Shown: positions 42,559 to 51,704 of the stretch, one piece after another | Numbering within the stretch: the first letter of the stretch is position 1 | Layout: each line of letters begins with the position of its first letter | From: an uncultured Chloroflexia bacterium | GTDB taxonomy: Bacteria > Chloroflexota > Limnocylindria > QHBO01 | Reading direction: 5' to 3' | Assembly (NCBI GenBank): GCA_963814375.1 | Contig: CAWFCQ010000008.1 | Location: 320,001-384,000 of the forward strand | Length of the DNA: 64,000 nucleotides | Made by a program: the position numbers and the translations under genes | Notes under the pieces: generated by a model | Database searches by the model: none | What the model saw: the letters and a program-made list of their open reading frames with translations, nothing else | Told to the model about the DNA's origin: nothing

Positions 42559-43460
42559 ACCTCAAGCCGCAGCCGCCGGTCACGCGGCGTGCCAGCCGCC
42601 CGAAGCGCGCCAGTCCCGCCTCCCGGCCACGCGGCCGCGGCGCGAGGCGCCCGGGCGTCCCACTGCGGAAGCGCGTCGGTGCACGACTGCCGTCGATGCG
42701 GCGGATCCTCGCCGGCGTCGGTGCGGTCGCGGCAGCTGCGGTTCTCGTCGCACTGCTCAACGGGCCATGGCTCCGTGTCACGAGCGTCGCGTCCGCTGGC
42801 GAGCGATATGCCGACCCGGACGACCTCGACTGGATCCTCGGCTCGCAGCGGGGAGTCAGCGTCCTTGCGGTCGACACCGAGGCGCTCCGCGCCCGGCTCG
42901 AACGGATCGCTGCGGTCGAATCGGCGACCGTCAACGTAAGCCTCACCGGGTCGGTCGAGGCCATGGTGGTCGAGCATGAGGCGGCCTTCGTCTGGGAGAC
43001 GCGCTCTGGCCAGTTCCTGGGGGCGCGGGACGGCACGATCTTCGCCGGTGGCCGGGACGACGAGAGCCTCGCCACGGAGGCCGGAAATGTGCCCCACATC
43101 CGCGACGAGCGCTTCGCGGCGCGGCTCATCACGGTCGGCGACACGATCCCGGCCGACCTGCTCCGCATCGGCCTGCGCCTCGGCGAGATCGATCCCGCCG
43201 TGCTCGGCTCGTCGGCGACCGCGCTGTCGGTTCAGCTGGACGACGAGTACGGCTATCGCCTCGTCTCGAGCACACCGGCGTGGGAGGTCGCGTTCGGCGT
43301 CTACGGGCTCGATCCGCGCGAGACGGCGGCCGAGGCGGACGCGCGCCTGGGGCGCCAGATCACCGCCGTTCGGACGCTGTTCGCCTCGCGGCCGGAGGCC
43401 GGGATTGGCTGGGTGGATGTGCGCAACCCCGGGAAGGTATATTTCCGTGCCAAGGGTTGA
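42555..43460 (+). CDS. ftsQ: Cell division protein FtsQ/DivIB
   Basis: Basic N-terminus, one TM, POTRA-like region, C-terminal VDVRNPGKVYF; position ddl-ftsQ-ftsA. Confidence 0.8.
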   Translation: MNLKPQPPVTRRASRPKRASPASRPRGRGARRPGVPLRKRVGARLPSMRRILAGVGAVAAAAVLVALLNGPWLRVTSVASAGERYADPDDLDWILGSQRGVSVLAVDTEALRARLERIAAVESATVNVSLTGSVEAMVVEHEAAFVWETRSGQFLGARDGTIFAGGRDDESLATEAGNVPHIRDERFAARLITVGDTIPADLLRIGLRLGEIDPAVLGSSATALSVQLDDEYGYRLVSSTPAWEVAFGVYGLDPRETAAEADARLGRQITAVRTLFASRPEAGIGWVDVRNPGKVYFRAKG

Positions 43461-43519
43461 CGTGATCGCCGGAGAGCGGTGGATCACCGGCCGGGACCTT
43501 CGTTTCGAGACCATCCCAC

Positions 43520-43843
43520 ATGTGGCTACCGCTCGTCGGCCTTGCGCTCGGAATCGCGCTCGGGCTGGTGCTCAACTTCGAAGTGAGCCCCGACCTGGCG
43601 CGCTACTCGGCGGTGGCCATCCTGGCCGGCCTGGACTCGGTGCTCGGCGCGATCCGCTCCGAGCTCGATGCCCACTACGACAACCGCATCTTCATTTCCG
43701 GCTTCATCACCAACACGCTCGTCGCGGTCGCGCTGACGTTCGTGGGCGACCGGCTGGGGATCGATCTCTACCTGGTGGCGCTGTTCGCCTTCGGGCTGCG
43801 CATCTTCCAGAACGTGGCGCTCATCCGCCGTCACTTCCTGTAG
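43520..43843 (+). CDS. sbp: Small basic protein Sbp (DUF1290)
   Basis: YSAVAILAGLDSVLGAIRS...FISGFITN...GDRLGIDLY...FGLRIFQNVALIRR. Confidence 0.88.
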   Translation: MWLPLVGLALGIALGLVLNFEVSPDLARYSAVAILAGLDSVLGAIRSELDAHYDNRIFISGFITNTLVAVALTFVGDRLGIDLYLVALFAFGLRIFQNVALIRRHFL

Positions 43844-43897
43844 GCTCGGGCGGCACCGAAGGCGCACCCGTCGCGCGCGCCGAAGGCAGGAGGTAGC

Positions 43898-45133
43898 TTG
43901 GAACGCGAGGCTGTCCTCGTCGGCATCGACGCGGGAACGACGAAGGTCACGACCCTCATCGGCGAGGTCGGACGAACCGGTGACGTGAATGTCATCGGCT
44001 ACGGCATTGCGCCGTCCGCGGGCATGAAGAAGGGGATGGTCGCCAACATCGACCAGACCGTGAACTCGATCGCGTCCAGCGTCGAGAAGGCCGAGCGCCT
44101 CAGTGGCTACAAGATCAGCTCCGCCTTCGTGGGCGTCGGCGGCTCGCACATCTCCTCGCAGAACTCGCGCGGAGTCGTGGCCGTTTCCGGCCACAAGCGC
44201 GAGGTGAGCCGCGAGGACGTCGGGCGCGCGACCGAGGCGGCACGCGCCGTCCAGGTGCCGTCCAACCGCGAGATCCTGCACGTCGTGCCGCGCGGGTACA
44301 TCGTCGACGGCCAGGAGGGCATCAAGGACCCGCTCGGCATGAGCGCGGTGCGCCTCGAGGTCGAGACGCACATCGTGGCCGGCGCCGCGACCTCGGTCCA
44401 GAACCTGTCGAAGTGCGTCACCAGCACTGGCGTCCAGATCGACGAGATGGTCATCAGCTCGCTGGCGGCGGCCGAGGCGACCCTGACCGATACCGAGAAG
44501 GAGCTCGGCGTGGTGGTCGCCGATATCGGCGGCGGCACGACCGACATCGCCGTATTCGTCGATGGCGCCGTCTATCACACCGCCGTGCTGCCGGTGGGAG
44601 GCATCAACGTCACCAACGACGTCGCCATCGGCCTGCGCACCTCGCTCAACCTGGCCGAGGAGGTCAAGATCAAGCACGGCACCGCCAACCTGGCCGAGGT
44701 CGAGCCCGAGGACCTGATCAACATCGCCGTGCTCGGCGAGGCGGCCGGCCAGACGATCCAGCGCCGCCGCCTGTGCGAGATCATCGAGGCCCGGATGGGG
44801 GAGGTCTTCAGCCTCATCCGCGAGGAGGTCAAGCGCTCGGGCCACGCCGGGATGCTTCCGGCGGGGGCCGTCCTCACCGGTGGCGCCGCGCGCCTGGCCG
44901 GGGTGGACGTGCTCGCGCGCGACACGCTCGAGATGCCGGTGCGCACCGGCGCGCCGCAGGGTGTCGGCGGGCTCATGGACCAGATCGGCAATCCCGCCTT
45001 CGCGACGCCCATCGGCCTGCTGCTGTGGGGCGCCCACCACATCGGCGAGGAGCCGATGACCTACGGCGGCGCCAACGGCACGAACCCGCTGTCACGGATC
45101 GGAGACTGGTTCCGGAACCTGTTCCCGGGCTGA
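43898..45133 (+). CDS. ftsA: Cell division protein FtsA
   Basis: GIDAGTTKV, GMKKGMV, PLGMSAVRLE, DIGGGTTD, IIEARM, VLTGG; C-terminal amphipathic WFRNLF. Confidence 0.96.
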   Translation: MEREAVLVGIDAGTTKVTTLIGEVGRTGDVNVIGYGIAPSAGMKKGMVANIDQTVNSIASSVEKAERLSGYKISSAFVGVGGSHISSQNSRGVVAVSGHKREVSREDVGRATEAARAVQVPSNREILHVVPRGYIVDGQEGIKDPLGMSAVRLEVETHIVAGAATSVQNLSKCVTSTGVQIDEMVISSLAAAEATLTDTEKELGVVVADIGGGTTDIAVFVDGAVYHTAVLPVGGINVTNDVAIGLRTSLNLAEEVKIKHGTANLAEVEPEDLINIAVLGEAAGQTIQRRRLCEIIEARMGEVFSLIREEVKRSGHAGMLPAGAVLTGGAARLAGVDVLARDTLEMPVRTGAPQGVGGLMDQIGNPAFATPIGLLLWGAHHIGEEPMTYGGANGTNPLSRIGDWFRNLFPG

Positions 45134-45187
45134 TCGCCGGCCGATCGTGGACATCTTGGCGCGCCAATCCACCGGATCGCCGCCCGA

Positions 45188-45252
45188 TGTGGATAAGTCG
45201 CGAGCGTGATGTGGAAAAAACGCCGACGGCCGCCGGGGTGCGTCGTTAGAAT
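45188..45252 (+). promoter_or_regulatory. ftsZ promoter with two DnaA boxes
   Basis: TGTGGATAA 45188-45196 and TGTGGAAAA 45210-45218 (both TTWTNCACA on the minus strand); -10 TAGAAT 45247-45252. Confidence 0.65.
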
Positions 45253-45318
45253 CGGACAAACCCGTCGAGCGTCGGGTTTGCCAGGACTCATCCAGACAGC
45301 TCACGAGGGCCACCCGAC

Positions 45319-46569
45319 ATGCCGCTCCGATCCGATTCCGAGAACTTCGCACTGATCAAGGTCATCGGGGTCGGTGGCGGGGGAAGCAACGCCGTCAACC
45401 GGATGATTCGCGCCGAGATGATGGGCGTCGAGTTCATCAGCGTGAACACGGACGCGCAGGCCCTCCTCCAGAGCGATGCGCCGCACAAGATCCGCATCGG
45501 CGACAAGATGACGCGCGGCCTCGGCGCCGGCGCCGATCCGGGCGTCGGCCAGCGGGCGGCCGAGGAGGACTCCGAGAAGATCTACGAGGCCCTCAAGGAC
45601 GCCGACATGATCTTCATCACCGCCGGCATGGGCGGCGGGACGGGCTCTGGAGCGGCCCCGGTCATCGCCGAGATCGCCAAGGACCTCGGCTCGCTGACCG
45701 TCGGCGTGGTCACGAAGCCGTTCAGCTTCGAGGGGATGCGCCGCAAGCTCGTGGCCGAGCAGTACACCGAGCTCCTCAAGGAGAAGGTCGACACCCTCAT
45801 CACCATCCCGAACGATCGGCTGCGCGAGGTCGTCGACAAGAAGACCTCGATCGTCGACGCGTTCCGCGTGGTGGACGACGTCCTGCGCCAGGGCGTCCAG
45901 GGCATCAGCGACCTGATCACCGTGCCCGGCCTCATCAACCTCGACTTCGCCGACGTCAAGACGATCATGCGCGACGCCGGCAGCTCGATGATGGGCATCG
46001 GCATGGGCACCGGCGAGAACCGGGCGGTCGAGGCCGCCAGGGCCGCGGTCATGAGCCCGCTGCTCGAGGTCAACATCACCGGCGCGCGCGGGATCCTCTT
46101 CAATGTCACCGGCGGCAGCGACCTCGGGCTCTTCGAGGTCAACGAGGCGGCCGAGGTGATCAAGGAGGCCGCCGATCCGGAGGCGAACATCATCTTCGGC
46201 ACCGTCATCGACGACCGGATGCGCGACGAGGTGAAGGTCACCGTCATCGCCACCGGCTTCGACGGGACGCGCAAGACGAAGCCGAACAAGTTCGGCGCCG
46301 ATGCCGCGGCCGGCGTCGAGTCCTCGTTGGACGAGCGCAGCCGCGAGATCCTGGCCGAGATCGAGCGCGACCGCGAGCAGCGCCAGAACCTGACCGAGCA
46401 GATGGGCACCGAGTCGCCCTTCGCCCGACCCTCGGAGCGGGAGGCGACGGAGGTCCGCCCATCGGAGCGCAAGCCGCTCCCGGTCTCGAGCGGAAGCCTC
46501 GAGCCGCGCCCGGCCTACAGCGACACCGATCTCGATATCCCGAGCTTCCTGCGCCGCAAGGACGAATAG
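45319..46569 (+). CDS. ftsZ: Cell division protein FtsZ
   Basis: [38 protein letters not shown]-terminal LDIPSFLR. Confidence 0.98.
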   Translation: MPLRSDSENFALIKVIGVGGGGSNAVNRMIRAEMMGVEFISVNTDAQALLQSDAPHKIRIGDKMTRGLGAGADPGVGQRAAEEDSEKIYEALKDADMIFITAGMGGGTGSGAAPVIAEIAKDLGSLTVGVVTKPFSFEGMRRKLVAEQYTELLKEKVDTLITIPNDRLREVVDKKTSIVDAFRVVDDVLRQGVQGISDLITVPGLINLDFADVKTIMRDAGSSMMGIGMGTGENRAVEAARAAVMSPLLEVNITGARGILFNVTGGSDLGLFEVNEAAEVIKEAADPEANIIFGTVIDDRMRDEVKVTVIATGFDGTRKTKPNKFGADAAAGVESSLDERSREILAEIERDREQRQNLTEQMGTESPFARPSEREATEVRPSERKPLPVSSGSLEPRPAYSDTDLDIPSFLRRKDE

Positions 46570-46968
46570 TCAGGGGCGGGCTGCCGCCTCCCAGCCGTCG
46601 AACTCGCCACCGAGGCGGTCGGCGATGCCCTGGAACAGATCGTCGGCCGCGTTGACGCCGTCCGGATTCAGTACCGCGTCGGGCCGCTCGCACACGACCG
46701 ACCACTGATCGGGGTACTCCGGCAGCGGGTCTCGAACCTCGCAGTCGTACCCGCCGGCCCTACCCTCCTCGCCGCCCGACTCGGCCGCCAACCTGCTCGG
46801 GAAGTAGAGGTAGTAGAGCGCGTGGCGTGGCTGGTGGAGGTCGGCGCCCTGTTGAAGGAGCTGGCCCAGAAGAGCCAGGTCCTTGTACTTGACGCCGAGC
46901 TCGGGTGACCGGGCCTCCGGATCGACCGGCTCGCCGTCGTCCTTCTTCTTCCGGTTGAACAGCCGCAC
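46570..46968 (-). CDS. RraB-like (regulator of RNase E activity B / DUF695-type) domain protein
   Basis: GGAGGA RBS with GTG 46968; QLLQQGADLHQPRHALYYLYF...IADRLGGEFDGWEA. Confidence 0.75.
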   Translation of the reverse strand: MRLFNRKKKDDGEPVDPEARSPELGVKYKDLALLGQLLQQGADLHQPRHALYYLYFPSRLAAESGGEEGRAGGYDCEVRDPLPEYPDQWSVVCERPDAVLNPDGVNAADDLFQGIADRLGGEFDGWEAAARP

Positions 46969-47025
46969 GTCACATCCTCCGCTCGAAGGGGCCCGAAGCC
47001 GGCTCAATCAGTGCACGATACGGCG

Positions 47026-47706
47026 GTGACAGACATTGAAGAGCTGCGAGAGCGTCACGCGGGCCTGGTGGCGCGCCTGCGGGGCGTCGCCGAGGCGAAC
47101 GGCCACGATCCGGGGAGACTGAGGATCGTCGGCGTCACCAAGACCCATCCGATCGAGGTGGCGCGGGCAGCCGTCGCTGCGGGCATCTCGCACCTCGGCG
47201 AGAACCGGGTCCAGGAGGCCGAGCCGAAGGTGGCGGCCGTCCCGGAGGCCGAGTGGCACTTCGTGGGGAGGCTCCAGTCCAACAAGGCCCGTCGCGCCGT
47301 CCGCGCCTTTGCCGCCATTCACTCGATCGACTCGCTCGACCTCCTCGATCGCGTCGCCGAAGTCGCACGCGAGGAGGCCGCAGCGCCCCAGCTGCTGCTC
47401 CAGGTCAACCTCACCGGCGACGCCGCCAAGGGAGGCTTCGCCCCGGAGGCCCTCCTCGCGGCGGCACCGGCGCTCGCGGCCCACGACCTCGTCGGCCTCA
47501 TGACGATCGCGCCGATCGGCGATCCGGAGACGGTCGCGCGACCGGTCTTCGGGCGGCTGCGCGAGCTGCGCGACCGGCTCGAGCAGGCGTCGGGCATCGG
47601 CCTGCCGGAGCTTTCGATGGGGATGAGCGCCGACGCCGGGGCGGCCGCTGCGGAAGGGGCCACGCTGGTCCGCATCGGCACCGCGCTCTTCGGCCCGAGA
47701 TCGTAG
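47026..47706 (+). CDS. yggS: PLP homeostasis protein YggS/YlmE
   Basis: VGVTKT, LGENRVQE, WHFVGRLQSNK, GLMTIAP, LSMGMS, VRIGTALFG. Confidence 0.93.
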   Translation: MTDIEELRERHAGLVARLRGVAEANGHDPGRLRIVGVTKTHPIEVARAAVAAGISHLGENRVQEAEPKVAAVPEAEWHFVGRLQSNKARRAVRAFAAIHSIDSLDLLDRVAEVAREEAAAPQLLLQVNLTGDAAKGGFAPEALLAAAPALAAHDLVGLMTIAPIGDPETVARPVFGRLRELRDRLEQASGIGLPELSMGMSADAGAAAAEGATLVRIGTALFGPRS

Positions 47707-47722
47707 ACGCTATTCTGCCGGC

Positions 47723-47974
47723 GTGGGGCTCGTCATCCTCAACTTCGTCCGGATGCTGGCCACGGTGCTGTGGCTGCTGCTCATCGCCCGGGTCGTCCTG
47801 AGCTGGACGAATCCGATGGGCGGAGGCGGGCTGGTCGCCTTCGTCTACCAGGCCACCGAGCCGATTCTGGCGCCGATCCGACGCGTCCTGCCACCCACCG
47901 GCGGCATGGATTGGTCGCCGCTCGTCGCCATGCTCCTGATCGGCGTCGTGCTGCGCGTCGTCGCCGGGCTGTAG
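47723..47974 (+). CDS. yggT: YggT/YlmG family membrane protein
   Basis: RVVLSW, TEPILAPIRRVLP, MDWSPLVA. Confidence 0.92.
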   Translation: MGLVILNFVRMLATVLWLLLIARVVLSWTNPMGGGGLVAFVYQATEPILAPIRRVLPPTGGMDWSPLVAMLLIGVVLRVVAGL

Positions 47975-48038
47975 GCGTGGCGACCTCGTCGCGCGGTGAC
48001 GCGGCGAGTCCCGAAGGCTATACTGCCGGCTCCCCGAT

Positions 48039-48115
<77 letters not shown>

Positions 48116-48150
48116 TTCGACCCGCTCCGCTCTGCTGACCTGAGCGACCG

Positions 48151-49344
48151 ATGCGGATCGTCCTGACCACCGAGTCGTATCTGCCCTACGTTTCCGGTGT
48201 CACCGTGTCCGTGGATGCCCTTGCCCGCGGGCTCGGTGCGCGCGGGCACGAGGTCCTGCTGGTGGCGCCCCGCCCGGCGGGCGGAACGGCGCCCATGCCG
48301 GTCGGCTCACCCGGTCCCGAGCCGAGCTACGCCTGGCTGTCGTCGTACCAGCTGCCGCGCATCGTCCCGGCGGGCTATCGCATGGCGTTGCCGGCGCTTC
48401 TCGGGGGGTCGTGGCGGACGGCCAGGAAGTTCCGCCCTGAGGTCGTCCACGCCCACTCGCCGTTCGTGACGGGAATCCTCGCGCGCCGCCTCGCCCGCGC
48501 AGAGAAGGTGCCGCTCGTCTTCACCCACCACACGCGCTTCACCGACTACGGCCACTACCTCGGCCCGCTCGCCGGGCCGGGCACGGCCGTGACCGATGCA
48601 TTCCTCCGCGCGTTCTGGCTGGGGTGCGCAGCCATCATCGCGCCGTCCCAGGGCCTGGCGGCCGAGATCCGCGGCCGCCTGCCGGAGGCGAGTAATGACC
48701 GGGTCAGCGTCATCCCGACCGGGATCGACGTGGCGGGCATCCAGGCACTGGAGCCCATCGATCCTCGGCCGGACGCCGGCTGGATGGCGACCGCGCGCGT
48801 GGTCGCGACGCTGGGCCGGCTGGCTCCGGAGAAGAGCGTCGACGAGGTGCTCGAGGCCTTCACCACCGTGGCGGACCGGGAGCGCGACGCGCGCCTGCTG
48901 GTCGTGGGCGGCGGCCCTGCCGAGGCGGCACTCCGGACGCGCGCCTCTGCGCCTGACCTCACGGGGCGCGTCCTGTTCACCGGTGCGCTCCCGCGCCTCG
49001 AGGCGCTCGCCCGCCTGGCCGGAGGCCAGGTCTTCGTCTTCGCCTCCCGTACCGAGACCCAGGGCCTGGTGCTGGCCGAGGCCCTGGCCGCCGGCCTGCC
49101 CGCCGTCGCCATCGACGGACCCGGCGTGCGCGACTCGATTCGGGATGGGGTCGACGGGATCGTTGTGCCAATGGAGCCGAGCGAGGATCGAGCGAAACGA
49201 CTGGGCGACGCGGTTGCGCAGATCCTCGGCGACGATGGGGCGCGGGAGCGAATGAGCCGTCGCGCGCGCGAGGAGGCCGATCGTTTCGCCGTGGGCTCCC
49301 GGGTCGCCGAGGTCGAGGCGCTGTACGGGTCGTTGATTCGCTGA
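48151..49344 (+). CDS. GT4 family glycosyltransferase (diacylglycerol glucosyltransferase-like)
   Basis: TESYLPYVSGV, HAHSPF, GRLAPEK, FASRTETQGLVLAEALAAGLP. Confidence 0.9.
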   Translation: MRIVLTTESYLPYVSGVTVSVDALARGLGARGHEVLLVAPRPAGGTAPMPVGSPGPEPSYAWLSSYQLPRIVPAGYRMALPALLGGSWRTARKFRPEVVHAHSPFVTGILARRLARAEKVPLVFTHHTRFTDYGHYLGPLAGPGTAVTDAFLRAFWLGCAAIIAPSQGLAAEIRGRLPEASNDRVSVIPTGIDVAGIQALEPIDPRPDAGWMATARVVATLGRLAPEKSVDEVLEAFTTVADRERDARLLVVGGGPAEAALRTRASAPDLTGRVLFTGALPRLEALARLAGGQVFVFASRTETQGLVLAEALAAGLPAVAIDGPGVRDSIRDGVDGIVVPMEPSEDRAKRLGDAVAQILGDDGARERMSRRAREEADRFAVGSRVAEVEALYGSLIR

Positions 49345-49406
49345 CGATTCATCGCGCCGCACGCCAGTCGCTTGCGCCCGCATCGGCCCGGCGTACAATG
49401 CCGGCC

Positions 49407-49676
49407 ATGCGAGTGAGTCTGATGGCCCGCCTCGTCTCCCACCCAATGATCGACTTCGGCTCCGGCCGCCGCACGGCGCATCGATCGCGCCTCGGCCTCG
49501 ACCGCGCGCGCACCGTGTATCACCGGCCGCGCCGCAGCGCCGAATCGGTCACGAGTGTGAGCGCCCTGCGGTCGCAGACGAGCCGATTCCGCTTCCCGGC
49601 GGTCGGCCGCGCCACACGCCTGCCCGCTCGCCGTCCCGCGCTCCCGTTCGGGTTGCCGCGCGCCCGCCGCAGCTAG
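49407..49676 (+). CDS. Arg-rich hypothetical protein (leaderless)
   Basis: TACAAT-7 nt-ATG; fills the gap before the NUDIX gene. Confidence 0.45.
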   Translation: MRVSLMARLVSHPMIDFGSGRRTAHRSRLGLDRARTVYHRPRRSAESVTSVSALRSQTSRFRFPAVGRATRLPARRPALPFGLPRARRS

Positions 49677-49687
49677 CGGTTTCGGGC

Positions 49688-50158
49688 GTGCCGGTCCTGC
49701 GCACCGCGCGCGCCACCTCGGCCGGCGGCGTCGTCTACCGGATCATCAACGGCCAGCTCCAGGTCGCCCTCGCCCATCGCCGCGCCCCGGTGCTGTGGGC
49801 GCTGCCGAAGGGCACCCCCGACTCCGGCGAGACGATCGAGGAGACGGCGCTGCGCGAGACTCGCGAGGAGACGGGGCTCGTGACCGAGGTGGAGGCCCCA
49901 CTCCGCTCGATCCGCTACTTCTTCGTGCGCGGATCGACCCGCTTCCACAAGACGGTGCACTTCTTCCTCATGCGCGCAGTCGGCGGCAGCACCGATGAGC
50001 ACGACGCGGAGTTCGACGAGGTGCGCTGGTTCGACGTCGACGAGGCCATCGCGCTCCTGACTCATGCGACCGAGCGGTCCGTGGTCGAGGAGGCCGCCCG
50101 CCTGGTTCCGGTCGCGGCCGAGGGACCCTCGGTGGCCCAGGCCGAGGCCGGCGCGTGA
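49688..50158 (+). CDS. NUDIX hydrolase
   Basis: SAGGVV, WALPKG, Nudix box GTPDSGETIEETALRETREETG. Confidence 0.92.
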   Translation: MPVLRTARATSAGGVVYRIINGQLQVALAHRRAPVLWALPKGTPDSGETIEETALRETREETGLVTEVEAPLRSIRYFFVRGSTRFHKTVHFFLMRAVGGSTDEHDAEFDEVRWFDVDEAIALLTHATERSVVEEAARLVPVAAEGPSVAQAEAGA

Positions 50159-51279
50159 CGGCGGAGGCGTCGCCCGGGCAGCTGCGCCACACCCCGCTCG
50201 ATGACCGACATCGCTCGCTCGGGGCACGGATGGTGCCCTTCGCCGGCTACGAGATGCCGGTGCAGTACACCTCTATCCTGGACGAGCACCGCGCCGTTCG
50301 CGCCGGCGTCGGCTGCTTCGATCTCTCGCATATGGGCGAGATCGAGCTCCGCGGCGAGGAAACCGTTGCCTTTTTGCGTTACGCGGTCGTCAGCGATCCC
50401 GGCACGCTCGAGGTCGGCCAGGCGCAGTACTCGATGCTCTGCCAGGCTGATGGCGGCGTCATCGACGACCTCATCGTCTATCGACGCGCCGAGCAGCGCT
50501 TCTGGGTCGTCTGCAACGCGGCCAACCGCGCCGCCGTGGTCGAGCAGCTCGAGGCGCTCATCGGCTCCGGCGACTTCGCCGTCGAGCTCGAGGACCGCTC
50601 CGACCGGACCTCGCTCGTGGCTCCACAGGGACCGAGCTCGGCAGCCGTCGTGGGCGGGCTCACCGATCTCGACCTCGAGGCGATCGGCAACTACCGCGCT
50701 ACGGAAGGCGTCGTCGCCGGCATCCAATGCCTGGTGGCCCGCACCGGCTACACCGGCGAGGACGGATTCGAGCTGTTCTGCGACGCCCGCCGCGCCGGCG
50801 AGCTGTGGGACGCGGTCATGACCGCCGGAGCCGCGCATGGGATCCAGCCGTGCGGCCTCGGCGCCCGGGACACGCTGCGCCTCGAGGCCGGCATGCCGTT
50901 ATACGGGAACGAGCTGGATCGCGAGACGAACCCGTTCGAGGTCGGATTCGGGCGCGTCGTCAAGCTGGAGAAGGGCGAGTTCATCGGCCGCGCCGCGCTC
51001 CTCGCCGTGCAGCAGCAGGGGCCGAGGTGGAAGCTCATCGGCCTCCAGATGGTCGACAACGCCATTCCGCGCGCGGGCTACGAGGTCAAGGCCGGCGGTG
51101 CGGCGGTCGGTCGTGTCACGAGCGGCACGCTGTCGCCCACCCTCGGCACGAAGATCGCGATGGCCAAGGTGCCGGCGACGGCGGCCGGAGTCGGCAACGA
51201 GTTCGAGGTCGTCGTGCGCGAGCGACCGTATCGGGCCGAGCAGGTAAAGTTGCCGTTCTACCGGCGCCAGCGCGACTGA
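50155..51279 (+). CDS. gcvT: Glycine cleavage system T protein
   Basis: FAGYEMPVQY, FDLSHMG, IDDLIVY, RTGYTGEDGFE, GLGARDTLRLEAG. Confidence 0.96.
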   Translation: MTAEASPGQLRHTPLDDRHRSLGARMVPFAGYEMPVQYTSILDEHRAVRAGVGCFDLSHMGEIELRGEETVAFLRYAVVSDPGTLEVGQAQYSMLCQADGGVIDDLIVYRRAEQRFWVVCNAANRAAVVEQLEALIGSGDFAVELEDRSDRTSLVAPQGPSSAAVVGGLTDLDLEAIGNYRATEGVVAGIQCLVARTGYTGEDGFELFCDARRAGELWDAVMTAGAAHGIQPCGLGARDTLRLEAGMPLYGNELDRETNPFEVGFGRVVKLEKGEFIGRAALLAVQQQGPRWKLIGLQMVDNAIPRAGYEVKAGGAAVGRVTSGTLSPTLGTKIAMAKVPATAAGVGNEFEVVVRERPYRAEQVKLPFYRRQRD

Positions 51280-51312
51280 CGCGGCGTCCCGTCCAAGGAG
51301 GAGCGGCCGCGC

Positions 51313-51690
51313 ATGTCCTATCCCGAGGATCTCGCCTACTCCCGTGAGCACGAGTGGGTTCGCGCGAAAGGGTCGCGCGCGACCATCGGCATCACCAGCT
51401 TCGCCGCCGACGAGCTCGGCGACATCGTCTTCGTGGAGCTGCCGGAGGTCGGGGCCTCGCTCAGCCAGTTCGGGACGTTCGGCGTGGTCGAGAGCGTCAA
51501 GGCCGTGAGTGACCTCTTCTCGCCCATCTCGGGCGAGGTGGTCGAGGTCAACCAGGCCCTCGGCGACTCCCCCGAGCTCCTGAACTCGGACCCGTTCGGC
51601 GAGGGGTGGATTGCCCGGGTCGAGATGTCCGACACGGCCGAGCTCGATGCCCTCATGGATGCCGCCGCCTACGCCGCCGAAACCGCCTGA
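51313..51690 (+). CDS. gcvH: Glycine cleavage system H protein
   Basis: [25 protein letters not shown] (lipoyl-Lys), NSDPFGEGW. Confidence 0.96.
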   Translation: MSYPEDLAYSREHEWVRAKGSRATIGITSFAADELGDIVFVELPEVGASLSQFGTFGVVESVKAVSDLFSPISGEVVEVNQALGDSPELLNSDPFGEGWIARVEMSDTAELDALMDAAAYAAETA

Positions 51691-51704
51691 AGCCCGCCGC
51701 GCCG

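Noticed and set aside
24050-48020. Recurring CCGAAGG motif in intergenic regions (about 24052, 30125, 43856, 43880, 48011)
   Set aside because: It is the reverse complement of the common C(UUCG)G tetraloop and the flanks are not conserved, so no repeat family is supported.
49344-49690. Glycine riboswitch ahead of gcvT
   Set aside because: No GGAGA...CCGAAG...CTCTCAGG aptamer pattern is visible.
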